A stretch of DNA of 64,000 bases from Calcarisporiella thermophila CBS 279.70 (taxonomy: Eukaryota > Fungi > Calcarisporiellomycota). A program made the translations under genes and the position numbers. Positions 11,039 through 23,850 of this stretch are shown here, one piece after another. The stretch's first letter is position 1. Every line of letters starts with the position of its first letter. Location: the NCBI RefSeq assembly GCF_041956535.1, contig NW_027192195.1:782403-846402 (forward strand). Reading direction: 5' to 3'. The notes below the pieces were generated by a model. That model searched no databases. It saw only the letters and a program-made list of their open reading frames with translations, and had not been told where the DNA came from.

Positions 11039-12370
11039 CTACAACACCGAATTCCACTGCCCCTCCACCTTCCTAATGACCTCCCCCGCTCTGCTCCGCA
11101 CCTCCTTTCCCGCCTCCTCTGAAATGGCCAATGAATGGGGCCCGCCTGGTTCGTCGGGGGTCTGTAGCGGGGCAATGCAGTCGTTGGCAAGGCCGATGAC
11201 AAGGCAGGTGGACTCGTGCGTTTCCGATGCCAATTGCGAGGCATACGAGGGGTACACCTCCCCAGGTAATGCTATTAGCGTAGTGCTCAAAAGATGGATC
11301 GCAGTGGCAGAGGTGCCGGCGGTGATGAACGGCTGCCATCCCTGGACTTTCATCCCATAGTCCTCGTCGTCATCCTCAGCATCACGACCAAGGTATCCAC
11401 CCGTCCAGAGGGCAATCAGTGTTTTATTCTTGATGCGTAGGGTGAAGTAGGTGGTGGCCACTCGAAGCGGTGGCGTGTCTGGCTTGGGGGAAAGCATCTC
11501 AGCTCTTGAGAGCGCTTCCTGCACGACCGCAGCCATTCGGGCACCATAGGCCTCGGCCCTAGCAAAGGGGCCCGCTCCTCTAACCTCGGCGATGGGCATG
11601 AGCCCCCTGCACCCGCCCAACAGCAAAACGGGGGTATCCTTGTTTAGGAGGCGGGCTAGCTCCGTCCGGAAGTAGTGGGCCCAGTCGCTCGATATCTCAC
11701 GACACCGCTCCTCGGTCGCGTTGAGCTCAACCCCGGAATGCACGATAATACCCAGAGGATGCCCGTTAACATCCTTGACTTCGAATGCGACCACGGGCGC
11801 CTCAACCGTTGCGTTTGTAGCCTTGTTGAGAGCAAGCACCGAGGCGCGCCCCAGAGACACATGGGCGGGACGCACGTTGTGATATGCGGTGATGAGCGCT
11901 TCACTCGCGGCGCGGATAATGCGATCCCTGTAGTCGACATGCACCCCCCCATACAATCTACCGAACAAGATACAGTATAAGACTAATTAGGAGAGTGGCA
12001 ATAACGCTGTTCTTGGCCATTTATACCCCTGCAGGTCAGGGCCGGAGTGAGTGTTGGTTGCTACGACCACTACATTAGTGGCGCTGATTTGGGTCGCGCT
12101 TGCAACGCGCTCCCGCACCACATCCGCGACGCTACGCGGCACATTCGTCACGTCCAGAACACATAAGCCGAGGCAGGTGTCCTCTGTTCGGATCACCACC
12201 GCGCGAGCTTCTACGGGATCATGGACTCTCACGCTAGGGGTGCGGAAGAGGGACAGGTATCGATAGCCCAGCAAGCCATGGCCACCCTGATATATTTGCT
12301 GGGTGGCCATTTCAGAAGGGATGGGACTTATATCTCGACGCGCAAAGCCGAATTTGAGCAGCGTTGCCAT
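11039..12370 (-). CDS. Neutral/alkaline non-lysosomal ceramidase N-terminal-domain-like protein (bacterial-type hydrolase); 2 exons (12370-12027, 11957-11039)
   Basis: Motifs GFARRDISP, VHDPVEARAVVI, ATNTHSGPDLQG|LYGGV, ISSDW, ALPGEVYP and IGLAND are typical of this family. One intron (12026-11958) restores the GPDLQGLYGG motif. Confidence 0.75.
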
Positions 12371-12518
12371 TTTGCCAGTGTTGCCTGAGAAGCTAAATGC
12401 ATTTGGAGAAGCAAAAGGGCAACTTGTCGGTGGGTGGCTTGTAAAAAGTAGAGTCGCCTGCATTTTGGATTCCGGAGCGGCAAACGAGCTTTTCGGCCAA
12501 TACACCAAGAAATCAACC

Positions 12519-13477
12519 ATGAACGCGATCAAGGAATGCATTACCTATCGCGATTTTAAAAAACTAATCACCGTGTGCGAAAGCTTGGAATTTGAGGTGA
12601 GTTAAATGAAAATGATGTTGATAGAGGGGAGGGAGGAAGAGAGCCAATTCATAATTCAATACTTTGCCCTAACTTCACGATTTCAAATGTAGCTTGCCGT
12701 CACAACCACCGACAATTCACCCCCCATTGATCGGGTGTACGCGGCACTATTAGCTGGCTATATGCTAGAACACGATTTGTAAGATTTTCTCCTGCCACCT
12801 CCTTCCACCGCCATTTTTTTGATTTCCCCTTGGATAGATGCTCTGCTAGATTTTTATGGAAGCGTATACCTGAAGCGATCAAGACTGCTTCCCCAGAACT
12901 AACCCATTTATGGCAGCTTGGAGCAGCCCTGTGGCAGCGCGATTACTCTGCCATCTACCAGGCCTTGAACGGCTTCCAGTGGAGCCCTGAGATACAGCCT
13001 CTTCTCTTAGAGCTGACAGGTAAATGCTCCTGGCTTCGTGGCTATCCAAAGCACTTGACCGGATGTTCATTAATCTCTCGAGGGTAGAGCGGACTCGGCA
13101 GCGGGCATTTGCACTCGCCTCGAATGCATACTCGGCTGTCAATCTTAGCGACATTGCGGCCATGCTTGGCCTAACCCCCGATCAAACTGTGAAAGGTAGC
13201 TTTGCCCAACTTGGTGCGACTGATTGGAATAGCTAATCTCTAGCACTCATTTTGTCCACGTAGCATTAACAGAGAAGGGCTGGATCTATGACAGCGCAAG
13301 TCAAGTGTTTCAACCCAAGAAAATTGGTAATACTCAGCTATCATATGCATTTTCTTTAGTGTTCCCCGCTCCTTACTCTTGTACGCCATCTTTTCAGAGA
13401 GATTACCCGCCGACATCTCGATGTTTGACCAGTTTTCACGCCTCGCGTCCATGGTCGTTCACTTGGAGAAAGCATAG
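12519..13477 (+). CDS. CSN8: COP9 signalosome subunit 8 (CSN8/PSMD8/eIF3K family), 6 exons
   Basis: Spliced segments CESLEFE, ARFLWKRIPEAIK, LWQLGAALWQRDY, RAFALASNAYSAV and GWIYD, with C-terminus QFSRLASMVVHLEKA*. Confidence 0.88.
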
Positions 13478-13827
13478 GGAAAGCCGAACACCACCTTTCA
13501 TTTCCCTGGCTTCTCCATACGCCTTCTCCTCCTCTGCCACCCCAATGCCCACATTGAGCCTGTTCCATATCTTCACACCTCTCCCTCCCTCCCTCCCTCC
13601 CTCTCTCTCGGTTGCTCAAACAATAAAATAAAATCCCCCTCCTATAGAAATGTAATTATTTTTTTTATACTTTAACTTGGAGAAGGGAAATATCAAACAG
13701 AGAAACACAAAGACAAGCTGCATCTCAAAAAAGAAACCATCCAACCGAGTTGCTTCACCCAACCCAACCCTCCAATAAAAAGCGACAAAAATATAATGTA
13801 CATCGAACTAGTCTTACTCATGCTGCC

Positions 13828-15321
13828 TTATGCGGCCGTAGTTTCCAGCTGCTCTTTCCGGTACGTCCAATAGGCCTTGCGTATCTTGTCATGCTTAGAA
13901 GCGAGCTGCGTGCAATACTGGGAAAGAAAAGCAAAAAAAATGGTGGGCTTAAACATCCACGTTAGAGGCAGAGCGCCACAGTTTACAAGTTACCTCGATT
14001 GCCTCTTGCACACGCTCCTTGGAGCCCCTTTGCGCCTCTTCCTCGTAGATTTCCACCAAACAAGCCAGCGCGTGCTTATTCGGCTCGGTCTCTAGCTGCG
14101 TTTTGCAAAAGTTCTCGACCACGTCCCGGAACTCGGTCGTCTTATTGAGAAGACTAAAAAAATAGCAGCCAACATGATTAGACGATCGTGGGGTGAAGGG
14201 CGGTGCGGCTACTTACCCCTTTATATAGTTCCAAGGGCTAGCGTTGTTAGGAGCAAGGAGGATTTTGTCCATTGCATAGCTATCCAAGTCAAACATGGGA
14301 AATCAATCCACGGGTCGGAGGCTTGTTTGGAGAGAAGTTTGCGGACTTACTTGATCTCCTCCTTAATGACATCGGGGGTGGCCTCGACTGGCCCCTCAAA
14401 CACAACGAAAAACCGCTGGTTCCATGCAGAGTTGTTGCGCACATCCTCCAGTAGCAGGTCTTCGATGAATTCGAGCTCTTTATCCCACAGATTAAACTTG
14501 CGGATAACCCATTGTCTACGATTGGGAGGTTAGGGCGGGTAAGCTCTCATGAGCTAAACCAGAGCTTGAAGAGAGAAAATGAAAATGCACCTGTATGACC
14601 AAGCGTGATAATTCTTTGGCTCCTGAATCAACGCTTCTTCGATAAAGTCCAACTCGCGTGACGCGTCGCCGAGTTTTTCTACAATCACTTGTCGATGGTG
14701 CCTAGATATTGAAGCGTTAACGAGCTAGGATCTCCAAGGATGCTTGAGGGTAATAACAAAATGGCATACCACAGCTGATAGCATTTCGGGTTGCATTCCA
14801 CCATGCTCTCAATCAAATCAAGCTCAGCATCCATATCCTTGTTCAGGGTAAAAAGAATTTTCTGGCGATATTGCCTAGTAATCAGAAGAAAATCCAGCTA
14901 AATTAGCCAACAGCAACAGCAGACGGGCCGCGATAGGAATAGGGACCATATAGTGTAATGGGCGGGATTCATCGATATAATATCGGTAGTAAGTCGAAGT
15001 GCACGCTCGCTGCATTCATCCGTTTTGGCGATCGCACGGAAATAATTCATTGCATCCTGATCTAGAAAAGAGATAAACACCGCATTGATTCGCTGCTTTA
15101 TTACAAATGGCAATGCCTGAAAGCCTACACTCTTGCGAATAGGCAATGGGCACCAGAGGATTCGGTCCATCGTCCTGAGGGATTGGAACCACATCAGCCC
15201 ATTCTGGCCGTTCACTATAGGGTATATAACGCTATTTATTTCAATAATACAGTAGGAAAATGATCAGCACTCAGCATCCAACATATTCTGTGCACGACTG
15301 TCTCTTCTCCATTACCTCCAT
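13828..15321 (-). CDS. RAM2: Protein farnesyltransferase/geranylgeranyltransferase-I alpha subunit, multi-exon
   Basis: [49 protein letters not shown] repeats ([27 protein letters not shown]) and HDKIRKAYW. Confidence 0.95.
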
Positions 15322-15483
15322 TGTCCGTGGTTTTCTCCAAGTTGGCCCAAATGCATTCCTTCAAATCGCGTTCGATCTAGGTTAGGTTCCAAGAGGCAGT
15401 CACAAATAGCCGTCCTTTTCTTGTAAACACAATTCTTTGGCCCTCCTCTTCTCCATCTCTTCATAATAAACGGCCATCGGAAC

Positions 15484-16570
15484 ATGTCGGCAGCAGAATC
15501 CTATAAAGCACCAAAGCTTCCCGCCGAAACTCGAAAACAGGACGAGGATGCCGACGTCGTCATCGATCCCGATGCACTTCCTACAGAGGCAGAAACGAAG
15601 AATGAAGAGGGCGGCATGGAGGTCGACTCCGAAAAGCCCAACTTCAAGCCGATCAAGGCCTCAGAGTTGCATGTGGGTAGCCCTTGTTTCTTCCGACCAA
15701 GCTACAGAAATTAATGGATCCTTTTTGCTTTAGAATAACAAAGGACAGGTTCGCCGCATCACAATCCCCCCCAACCGCATGACTCCCCTCAAAAACGACT
15801 GGCTGAAGATCTATTCTCCATTGGTCGAGCATCTTAAACTCCAAATCCGCATGAATACCAAATCCAAACAAGTTGAAATCAGAGTAAGCATTCCATGGAA
15901 AATCCGCCACAGCTCATTCTGAACTCACTTTGCTCCTCCTCTGCAGACCTCAAAACACACAACCGATAGCGGAGCTCTACAAAAGGGTGCTGATTTTGTT
16001 CGCGCTTTTTCGCTCGGGTTCGAAGTCGATGTAAGCATATTCTTCATGCATTCTTTTCTGCTGGTTGACTCTGAGACTTGTATTTTCCACCCTAGGACGC
16101 AGTCGCTCTTCTACGACTGGATGATCTCTACCTCGAGACCTTTGAAATCAAAGATGGTACTGTTACGGAGGCTGCTGCTGATGGCGGACAATGTGTTTTC
16201 TAATCTCCCCCCCCTTTTTTTTTCTTCTTTGCAGTGAAAACTCTACATGGCGACCATCTCTCACGTGCCATCGGCCGTATTGCGGGCAAAGATGGAAAGA
16301 CAAAATTCACCATTGAAAATGCATCCAAGACACGGATCGTGCTGGCAGACACGTAAGCCTCCTCGCTCTTCTAGTTGAACCCCGCCCCTCGCCCCTAGAA
16401 ACTTACCTTTTCTTCCTTCCATTTGCTTTAGTCGAATTCACATCCTCGGCTCCTTCCAAAATATTAAGATTGCTCGCGATGCTATTGTTTCGCTCATTCT
16501 CGGAAGTCCTCCCGGTAAAGTATATGCCAATCTGCGCACCATATCCGCTCGCCTCAAAGAACGATTTTGA
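15484..16570 (+). CDS. PNO1: Pre-rRNA-processing KH-domain protein Pno1/Dim2, multi-exon
   Basis: [65 protein letters not shown] and [14 protein letters not shown]...KERF*. Confidence 0.97.
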
Positions 16571-16754
16571 TGATTCTTGCTTTTTCCTTTTCCTTTTCTC
16601 TTTACTCCTTTCTTTTGTGTAATACATACATAAATATATCTCATCCTATTCTTGATAATGTATATGCGTTATATTGAAGACTCGGACAAAAAAAAAGAGA
16701 GAGAAGAGGGAGGGATGGTGTCGATAATTATATACAAGTACAATACAGGGAGGG

Positions 16755-18039
16755 TCACTTGCTTCCCATCCATCGCTGCATCATCTGTCCCTCCATCCCA
16801 CAATCCGCAGCAAGATCCAAGAGCCGTTGCTCCGCCGACCGGACTTTGCACATTAAATCTTCTAGTGGCTTGGTATTGGCATTGATGTGCTCTAACGAAT
16901 TCGAAAGACTGCGGACGGTTGTCTTCAGGGGTCTATCTTTGGCCAACTGACCAATTCCGAAGAAGCATTGGAGGCAGCGTTAAATACACATACGGAAGCG
17001 AGAGAGTCCCTGGAGACAACGTGGACACTTACATCATAGAACAGTCGCTCTTCATTTGTCTTCTTGGAATTGCTTTGGCGGATTAGGTGATCGTCGATTT
17101 CTACGGGATCCTCCACTTCGCTCTTCAGCAGCGGGTGCAACTAAGCAACATCAAGAATACCAGTCAGTTTAGGTCGCTTTCGGCGGAAAACGAGAAGTGA
17201 AAACTACCTTTTGCTTCTGTAGTGCCTTATTTCTTGCATCCAATGCCCGCTTTTTGTCCTGAAAATGGTGTAAGCTCGCGGTGTCCTCCTCCAGTCGGCT
17301 GTAGAAAGAGTTCGTAAATCACCTAAAAAAACTTCAAATCTGGCTTCACTCACGTTTGTTCACGCCTTAGTTCAAGTTCCAGCACTCCTATCTGCTCTAG
17401 CTCTGGCACAAGTGTCATTTCCATGGCTCTCTAAGAAAAAGAGGAGAGGCTAAGGCTATGCTAATCGATATACACATGGTCGCCACTCTGGACGTACATT
17501 TTGGCTTGACAACTTTTCATAGCTAAAATTTCCCTCCCTTGTATACCGTGGTACCATGATGCCGGTAAGCTGTCCATTGATGCTTGAAGAAAGTCAGAAT
17601 GGCCATAATAAAACACGTCCATCGACTGATGATATTATGAAATCCTTACTGTCTTATTAATGAATTCAGCTCTTCTTGAACCGCCTTTTTCTTATTTTCA
17701 CTTCTAACGTGAGTCAGGACAGAACTATATCAAGTTGAATACCTATTATTATTACACGGTATCAGACAGGAAAAAAAAAGTTTACGTTAAAGTATCCTCC
17801 AAGAGTTTTTTGATGTGCTTGTGGCCAGATTTCCCCATAGGTCGCCAGTGTTGTTTGATAGTGGATCTTGGAATGCTACGTACCGCCGGGCGAAGGATGG
17901 GCATGGGCACCAATCCATCGTCTTCATCTAATTATCGGCGAGCATGTTCAGATTTCATTCCGATGTCACAAGAAAGAGAGCTAGCATTATCTTATTTACC
18001 CAAATCTTGTCTTCTCTGAGTTCTCCTTCTTGTCTCCAT
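16755..18039 (-). CDS. Kinetochore protein CENP-Q (Okp1/Fta7)-like, multi-exon
   Basis: Spliced METRRRTQRRQDLDEDDGLVPMPILRPAVRSIPRSTIKQHWRPM...LTGIMVPRYTREGNFSYEKLSSQN-RAMEMTLVPELEQIEVLELEL, followed by coiled coil. This resembles fungal CENP-Q as recalled; no search was run. Confidence 0.7.
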
Positions 18040-19090
18040 TCTTTTGAATTGGGTGGCTGCTTGAGCTAAGAGTATAGAACAATGACAGGACGCGTGTCTT
18101 GTATCTTGGAGAATATCCAAAACTGCGCGTCAAATTAAAATGAGCCGTGCCAGAAATGAGAGGGCAGTCGTGAGATAGTTGGGATACGTGGTCATGATAA
18201 AATAGGAAAAGTCTATTTATCAGATGCCATACCGGCAAGGCAACTGTCTGAATGTCCCACAGCTTGCACATGCACGCTCCACTCTCCCTGCCTTCTCTAA
18301 TAAAGCTCTCTTAATAAAGGATATTAGAGAGCTTTATTAATAGAGTAGATGCAGGATCCAGCCTTCATAGTAGGATCCCGCAAGCTGAGCAAATCTAATT
18401 CTCTGAAAAACGAATGGCCCTTCGCCTAGCTCCAATATGGCACTATAGCATGCACCAGCTCCTCCACTCCACTCCTGAAAAGTATGTTCAACGGAAAGTC
18501 GTATTTTGGATAACGGTTGCTTTCCCGTCCAATGAGATACCTCCATAGAGGCTTTGTCCCCTTCTCTGCGAAGGGGAAACGGCCTGGCTTTTTTTGTCTC
18601 GTCTTTATATTTAGTATCAAAGAGAGGAATTAGCTAATCCAAAGGATTTGGCCCTCTCCCCATGAGCTGAGGCGGCCACATGAAGCATCCTTCCACGAGG
18701 GCTATCTCCCATGCAATGGGATTCGCACCCTATGGCCACCAAGCCTATCTCCCACACCCACCCACTCTCTCATAGACTACAAATGTAACCTTGCTCCTCA
18801 GGCGGGTGACCCAGTGTGTAACAAGCAAAACAGCCTTTTCCCGAAAAAAAAACATTTGTTTTGGGGGTTGGATTGTCGATAAGTAAATGAGGTCGTCGTT
18901 TTATTGAGGAAATGAATAATCAATCGTGAGACGTATATACAGTGAGAATCCAGTAGGGAAAGGGGGATGAATTAGTGAGATGCGAAGGAAGGAAGGAGGG
19001 GAGGGGCCGCCAAGAAGGGCATATTATGAAGCAATCGAAAAAAGAGACCAACAAGAAAAGGATTGAAAGCATTAGTCAGGTGGGAGAGGG

Positions 19091-19402
19091 CTACTGTTCA
19101 GCGAGGACGCCAGCTAGAGCATCGGTGCGCTCCTCGAACCGGCGGTGTACCTCGCGCTTAATCAGCTGGAGAGCGGCATGCGATATGCGCTGGTTGAGAC
19201 TGCGCCGGTGTTGGATGATGCGGCGTATCAGCTCGGCCTCGTTTTTCGGGGTGGGGAATTCGTCGAGCACTTTGGCGTCGAGGGGAGAGATCGGGGCGGC
19301 CTGGACGAGAATCTGGTTGGTGGTTGATGCGGCCAAGATACAGAAGAGGGCGACGACCGTGATCACGATAAGCTGCTTGATGATGTATTCCAGACGAGCC
19401 AT
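19091..19402 (-). CDS. Small secreted protein (103 aa), intronless
   Basis: MARLEYIIKQLIVITVVALFCILAA...QAAPI hydrophobic signal region, then a basic helical region with RR/KR pairs. GC-rich coding-like codons and a TATATAA at 19659-19666. Confidence 0.65.
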   Translation of the reverse strand: MARLEYIIKQLIVITVVALFCILAASTTNQILVQAAPISPLDAKVLDEFPTPKNEAELIRRIIQHRRSLNQRISHAALQLIKREVHRRFEERTDALAGVLAEQ

Positions 19403-21707
19403 GGAGGCGATTTGTGTTTGTTTCGCAATATGGTGGTTTGTTTGTTGGATGTGCAAAGAAGCTGAAACTGGTGGAGGGGGCTGCAGATAAGGCAAGAACA
19501 ACAGGGCAACCAACGGCAATGAGGGGTGGGGGAATGCGCTAATGACGGAATGCGAATGCGAGCAATGCTAATGTGCAAATGAAGGGATGTACGGAATGCG
19601 CGAAAACAAAGGATGGTGAAAATACAGTCGAGGTTCCACGCACTACGGCCCTCCGGCCTTATATATCGGCACGCTTTTTGTTTTGGTGCCTCGGCGCCCT
19701 GCTGATTGGCACAGCCGCTATATAATCGTGAGGGTTCTGTCTTTGCCTACAAGGATCGGTGTAACTTACACCGATCCACGGGAGGAACTTGGCCAACCCT
19801 TACAAATCGCGGGTCAATTTGCGATGAAATTGGGGGAGAGGGGAAGGGAGTGTGTGCGAATTTCCCAGCACTAGGGCAAATGAAGCCCGGCGCGTCCGGG
19901 CCAGGGGCCGAATCCGAACTCCTCGAGGCGACCGCTACAAAGGGGAGGTGATCACCGCACTAACCCGTCTGATACTCTTAATATCCGGCTACTAGGAAAC
20001 CGTAGACCATCGTCGGGCCAAGCCGCTGCCCTTCAGGGCCATTCGATAGCGTCAGATGCTCCCCCCCGGCCCCCGCCAAACCCCCGCCTCCCTCTTGCGG
20101 TGATGGGGCTGCCCGTCTCCGCGGGGAGAGGGCTAGTTCGACATGCGCAAAATCGCCCGCAGGTTCTCGAATTTCGAGGCTTCAGTCCAGCTCTTCTCCT
20201 CTTTCGGCCCCCATCTCACCCCAGCCCCCGTGCCCTCACCATCCGGTGCACAGATCGGCCATGATTAAGGTCGGTAGGATCACTTAGTCACCGAACCCTC
20301 TACAATTTCCTCCGTCTATGAAGGATCGTCTAAGAAGTCATCTGCCCTCAGCATGACGCAACGACTCAATTATCTCGTCACAAGCCAATAAGGAGAGGCC
20401 ATCGAGGTGGTATGTGCACAGTAGAATGTACAAATGGAAGCGTCCTCCTCCCCGACACGGCACAAACAGGAGATTAGGACGTCCCTTTCTTTCTCTCTCT
20501 CCTAAGACATGCCTCACCTAACACCACACATATCTCTGCTTGAGCTCTTCTCAGAGCAAGGGCACCCAAACCCCTCCTCTCGAAAGCCTTGCCTGCCGGA
20601 CGGGCCAGGGCCTAGGCTAATGTGGTCATATGCTCGCCGGCGGGAGGGGAGGCTGCAGACACGTTAGGAGAAGCGTGCAGACGGGAGGGGGGGGGGGGGC
20701 GCGGGGCTGACGTCGATGGACATCGTGGAGGGCTGCGGCCTCGGATCCTTGCATAAGCCTGCGCGAGGCTCCCCTGTTCTACAAAGGGGGGGTTTGCCGG
20801 TGGCCACAGATCACATTGGCGATATCGATTTTGTGCGTGTGCATTTGCTGACATGATCCAGAGACTGGGGGCATTTTAGGTTTTCCCAAGGTTGGCCCTG
20901 ATGACGTGAGCATCCCACGCTGGCCTCCAAGCAAGACGAGAATGATCTTCACCGAGGCCGCAATTCTACCTGCGCTCCGGCCGGGGTTGGGCCGGCGGGG
21001 CGGCGGCCAAGAAGGGCTCTGCCTGCCGTCAGCGGGGTGGCGGCTGCTGATTGGGGGGTGCTGCGAGGGCAGGCGGTCCGATTTGTTCACGGTCGGGGCG
21101 GGAAGCAGACTGGCCGCAAAAATGGCTCAGCGCTTTTTTTCCACTGCGGCCACAAGCCAAGAGCACTAAGTTTCGCGGTGGCCAACTGGGCCGGAAGCTT
21201 AGTGGTTTCTGTCGCATAGTAATATTGGCTTAAATTACCTGTCTGTCCCGTTCCGAATCCTCACAGGCTGCGTTTTTGGGTTTTCCATCTCCACCCAATC
21301 ACGCGCGGCGCTCGGGCGGGAGTAGAAAGCGTGTTGATTCTATTTCTCTGTCCTGAACCTTGCCCTCCTCTCATCATCTCTGTTCTTTCTCCCTCTCCTC
21401 GCCCTTATCACTTCGCGCTCGACGCCGGTCGTCTGCTTTCCCCTCTCATAGAAAGGCGGTCTCCCCCCCCCATCCCCGGCTGGTCCCACCCCCGAGTTCC
21501 CCTTGCTGAATTTCCATTGCGCTGGCGGCAATCCCTTTCTTAATTCCGCTTTTTCCTTTTCGCTTTTCTGTTTTCTTTTCTTCCGCTTGCTGCGCTCGCA
21601 CCCCTTGCTAGTCTGCTAGAAGACTCCCCCGTTGAACTGCGCGCCGCTCGCTCTCCAATCCCAGCCACATCCAATCTCTGTGCAGGATCACAATCGTTTT
21701 TCGCACC

Positions 21708-22758
21708 ATGGCAACCGCAGTGCACACCATCTCAAGCCAGCCGCTGGTCGAGGCCACCAGCGCCCCCAGCTCATCGCTGATCCACGCATCCACAAAGTAC
21801 GCAACCTCGGTGCCCGAGGCAGAACGGCTTGCTCAAATCGAGCTGCTGCGCTTCTTCCTCGCCACCTCGCCGACGTCCATGTCGGCGGCCTCCGTGGTCG
21901 AGCGCCATCACCTCCCCAACGGCGAAAACATCTCGTGCGTGCTGTGGGGCGGCCTCTTCTACATCACATCGACCGACATTCTGCGTGCGCTCACCTTCCG
22001 CTTCGAGGCTTTCGGCCGGCCCATCGTCAACATGAAGAAGTTCGAGGAGGGCGTGTTCAGCGATCTGCGCCAGCTCAAGAGCGGCACGCACGCCGTGCTC
22101 GAGGAGCCCAAGTCGGAGTTCCTCGACGTGCTCTTCATGAACAACTGCATCCGCACCCAGAAGAAGCAGAAGGTCTACTACTGGTTCGCGGTGCCCCACG
22201 ACAAGCTGTTCGTCGACGCCCTCGAGCGCGACCTCCGGCGCGAGCGCAAGGGGCTGCCCGCCGCCACCCTGGCCGTGTCGGAGCCGGCCCTCTCGATGTC
22301 GCTGGACCAGACCGACTGCCTCTTCTTCCAGTTCAAGCGCGCCACCCTGGGCGAGGAGGAGTACAGCGGCGGCTACACCACCCTGACCATGAGCGTGCCC
22401 ACGACCCCCGCCGACCCCGCCTTCCCCAACCCCTCCTACTCGGCAACCCCGGAGCCGGTCTTCGGCGAGTACGACCGCAGCGAGCTGGACCCCGTGTTCG
22501 CGGCCGCCGACTCGGTGCTGGGCGACGACGTCGAGGTCGAGGGGCTGCGCGACCCGCTCATGGAGCTCACCGCCACCGCGCCCTCCTGGCTGGCCCAGGA
22601 CGCCGTGGGCGCCATGGACCTGGAGTGGGGCGGCGACATGTGGAGCTCGCCAAAGCTGGTGCTTTCGCAGCTGGACCTCACCACGCCCTCCTCCTCCGCC
22701 CCCTCCACCCCCCTCGCCACCCCTCCCATGAAGTTTGGCTGGCCCACCATGGGCTCCT

Positions 22759-22793
<35 letters not shown>

Positions 22794-23435
22794 CCCACCA
22801 AGCCCCCCTCCTTCCCCGCCCACTTCCCCGCCCACTACGAGCCCTACCCGAGCCCGACGCCCCTCGCGGCGGTCCCGCGGGCGCCCAAGGGTCGTCGTCG
22901 TACCACCGTCTCCAACCCGTCCGATGCCTCCCACGAGGTCGCCTCCGGAGGAGAGCACGAGGAGCACCGCCCCTTCATCTGCCCGTTCACAGAGTGCCAG
23001 CGTCGCTTCAAGCGGCAGCAGCACTGGAAGCGCCACATCCGGAGCAGCCACACCAGCATTCGCCCATTCACGTGCCCCCACTGCCCTAAGGCCTTCACGC
23101 GCTCCGACAGCCTGACGGTCCACATCAAGACCCACTTCAAGGCGCGCGAGGGTGGCCGGAGATCAAGAGGCGCAAGCGTAGGTCAAGAGGCAAAGGAGGA
23201 GGAGGCGGCGGTGGCGGCTCAGCCCGAGAAGAAGACGGACCCCAGCGACAAGCCAGCAGAGAGTCCAAAGGAGCAGCAAGCACAAGAGGCCGAGCCCTCC
23301 GCCCCAGTCCCAGATGGGCAGCTGTTGGAGCTGGACGGCGACCTGATGGACGAGTTACGTCAGTGCCTGTCCGAGCCTCCCCCGGACTTCAGCTCCAACC
23401 TTGCTGAGGACGGGTATACCTCTTTCTCGGCGTGA
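21708..23435 (+). CDS. STE12: Ste12-like transcription factor (STE domain plus two C2H2 zinc fingers), intronless
   Basis: STE domain (ISCVLWGGLFYITSTDI, KKFEEGVFSDLRQLK, CIRTQKKQKVYYWFAVPHDKLFVDALERDLRRE). Fingers CPFTEC...HIRSSH and CPHC...HIKTH. Confidence 0.95.
22761..22790 (+). repeat. (GCC)10 trinucleotide repeat encoding poly-Ala in Ste12
   Basis: Ten perfect GCC units read directly. Confidence 0.95.
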
Positions 23436-23850
23436 GAGCAGAATAGGATTTCTATGCACCAAAAAGAACAAAAAACCGATCTCGAAAGCAAGTTTCTATA
23501 AATAGTTGTTCCTTTAGCTGTATATTTATTATTATAACTCCATATTATTACTCTTATTTTAGTTATTTTTTTTCTTCTCGTTTTTATATTTTATTTTTAT
23601 TGGGTTTTTTTCTTCTTCTCTCCCTCCCCCCCCTTTTTTTTGCCTCTACTCTGTTATTTCACGTCTCGTTTGTTCTTATTGGACTCTCTGTTTTCCGCTT
23701 CTATAAATATTAAGCTAAATCTTCTTCTCAACTTCTCTCTCTTCTTCTTTTTAAGGAAACACGAGGGTGTGGAAGCACGAACAGACAATAGAAAAAATAT
23801 ACAGAAAATAGAAAGAAAAATTAAAAGGCAAAAAAAAAAAGGCGGCGTGA

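Noticed and set aside
17736-17748. AATAG|GTATTC on the - strand inside a CENP-Q intron (possible zero-length or recursive splice site)
   Set aside because: A single ordinary intron keeps the frame and the donor is weak, so it is likely chance.
21632-23135. Long overlapping ORFs: 485 aa in an alternative + frame and 454 aa antisense to STE12
   Set aside because: Expected shadow ORFs from extreme GC3 bias. The products are low-complexity R/G/A-rich sequence with no domain.
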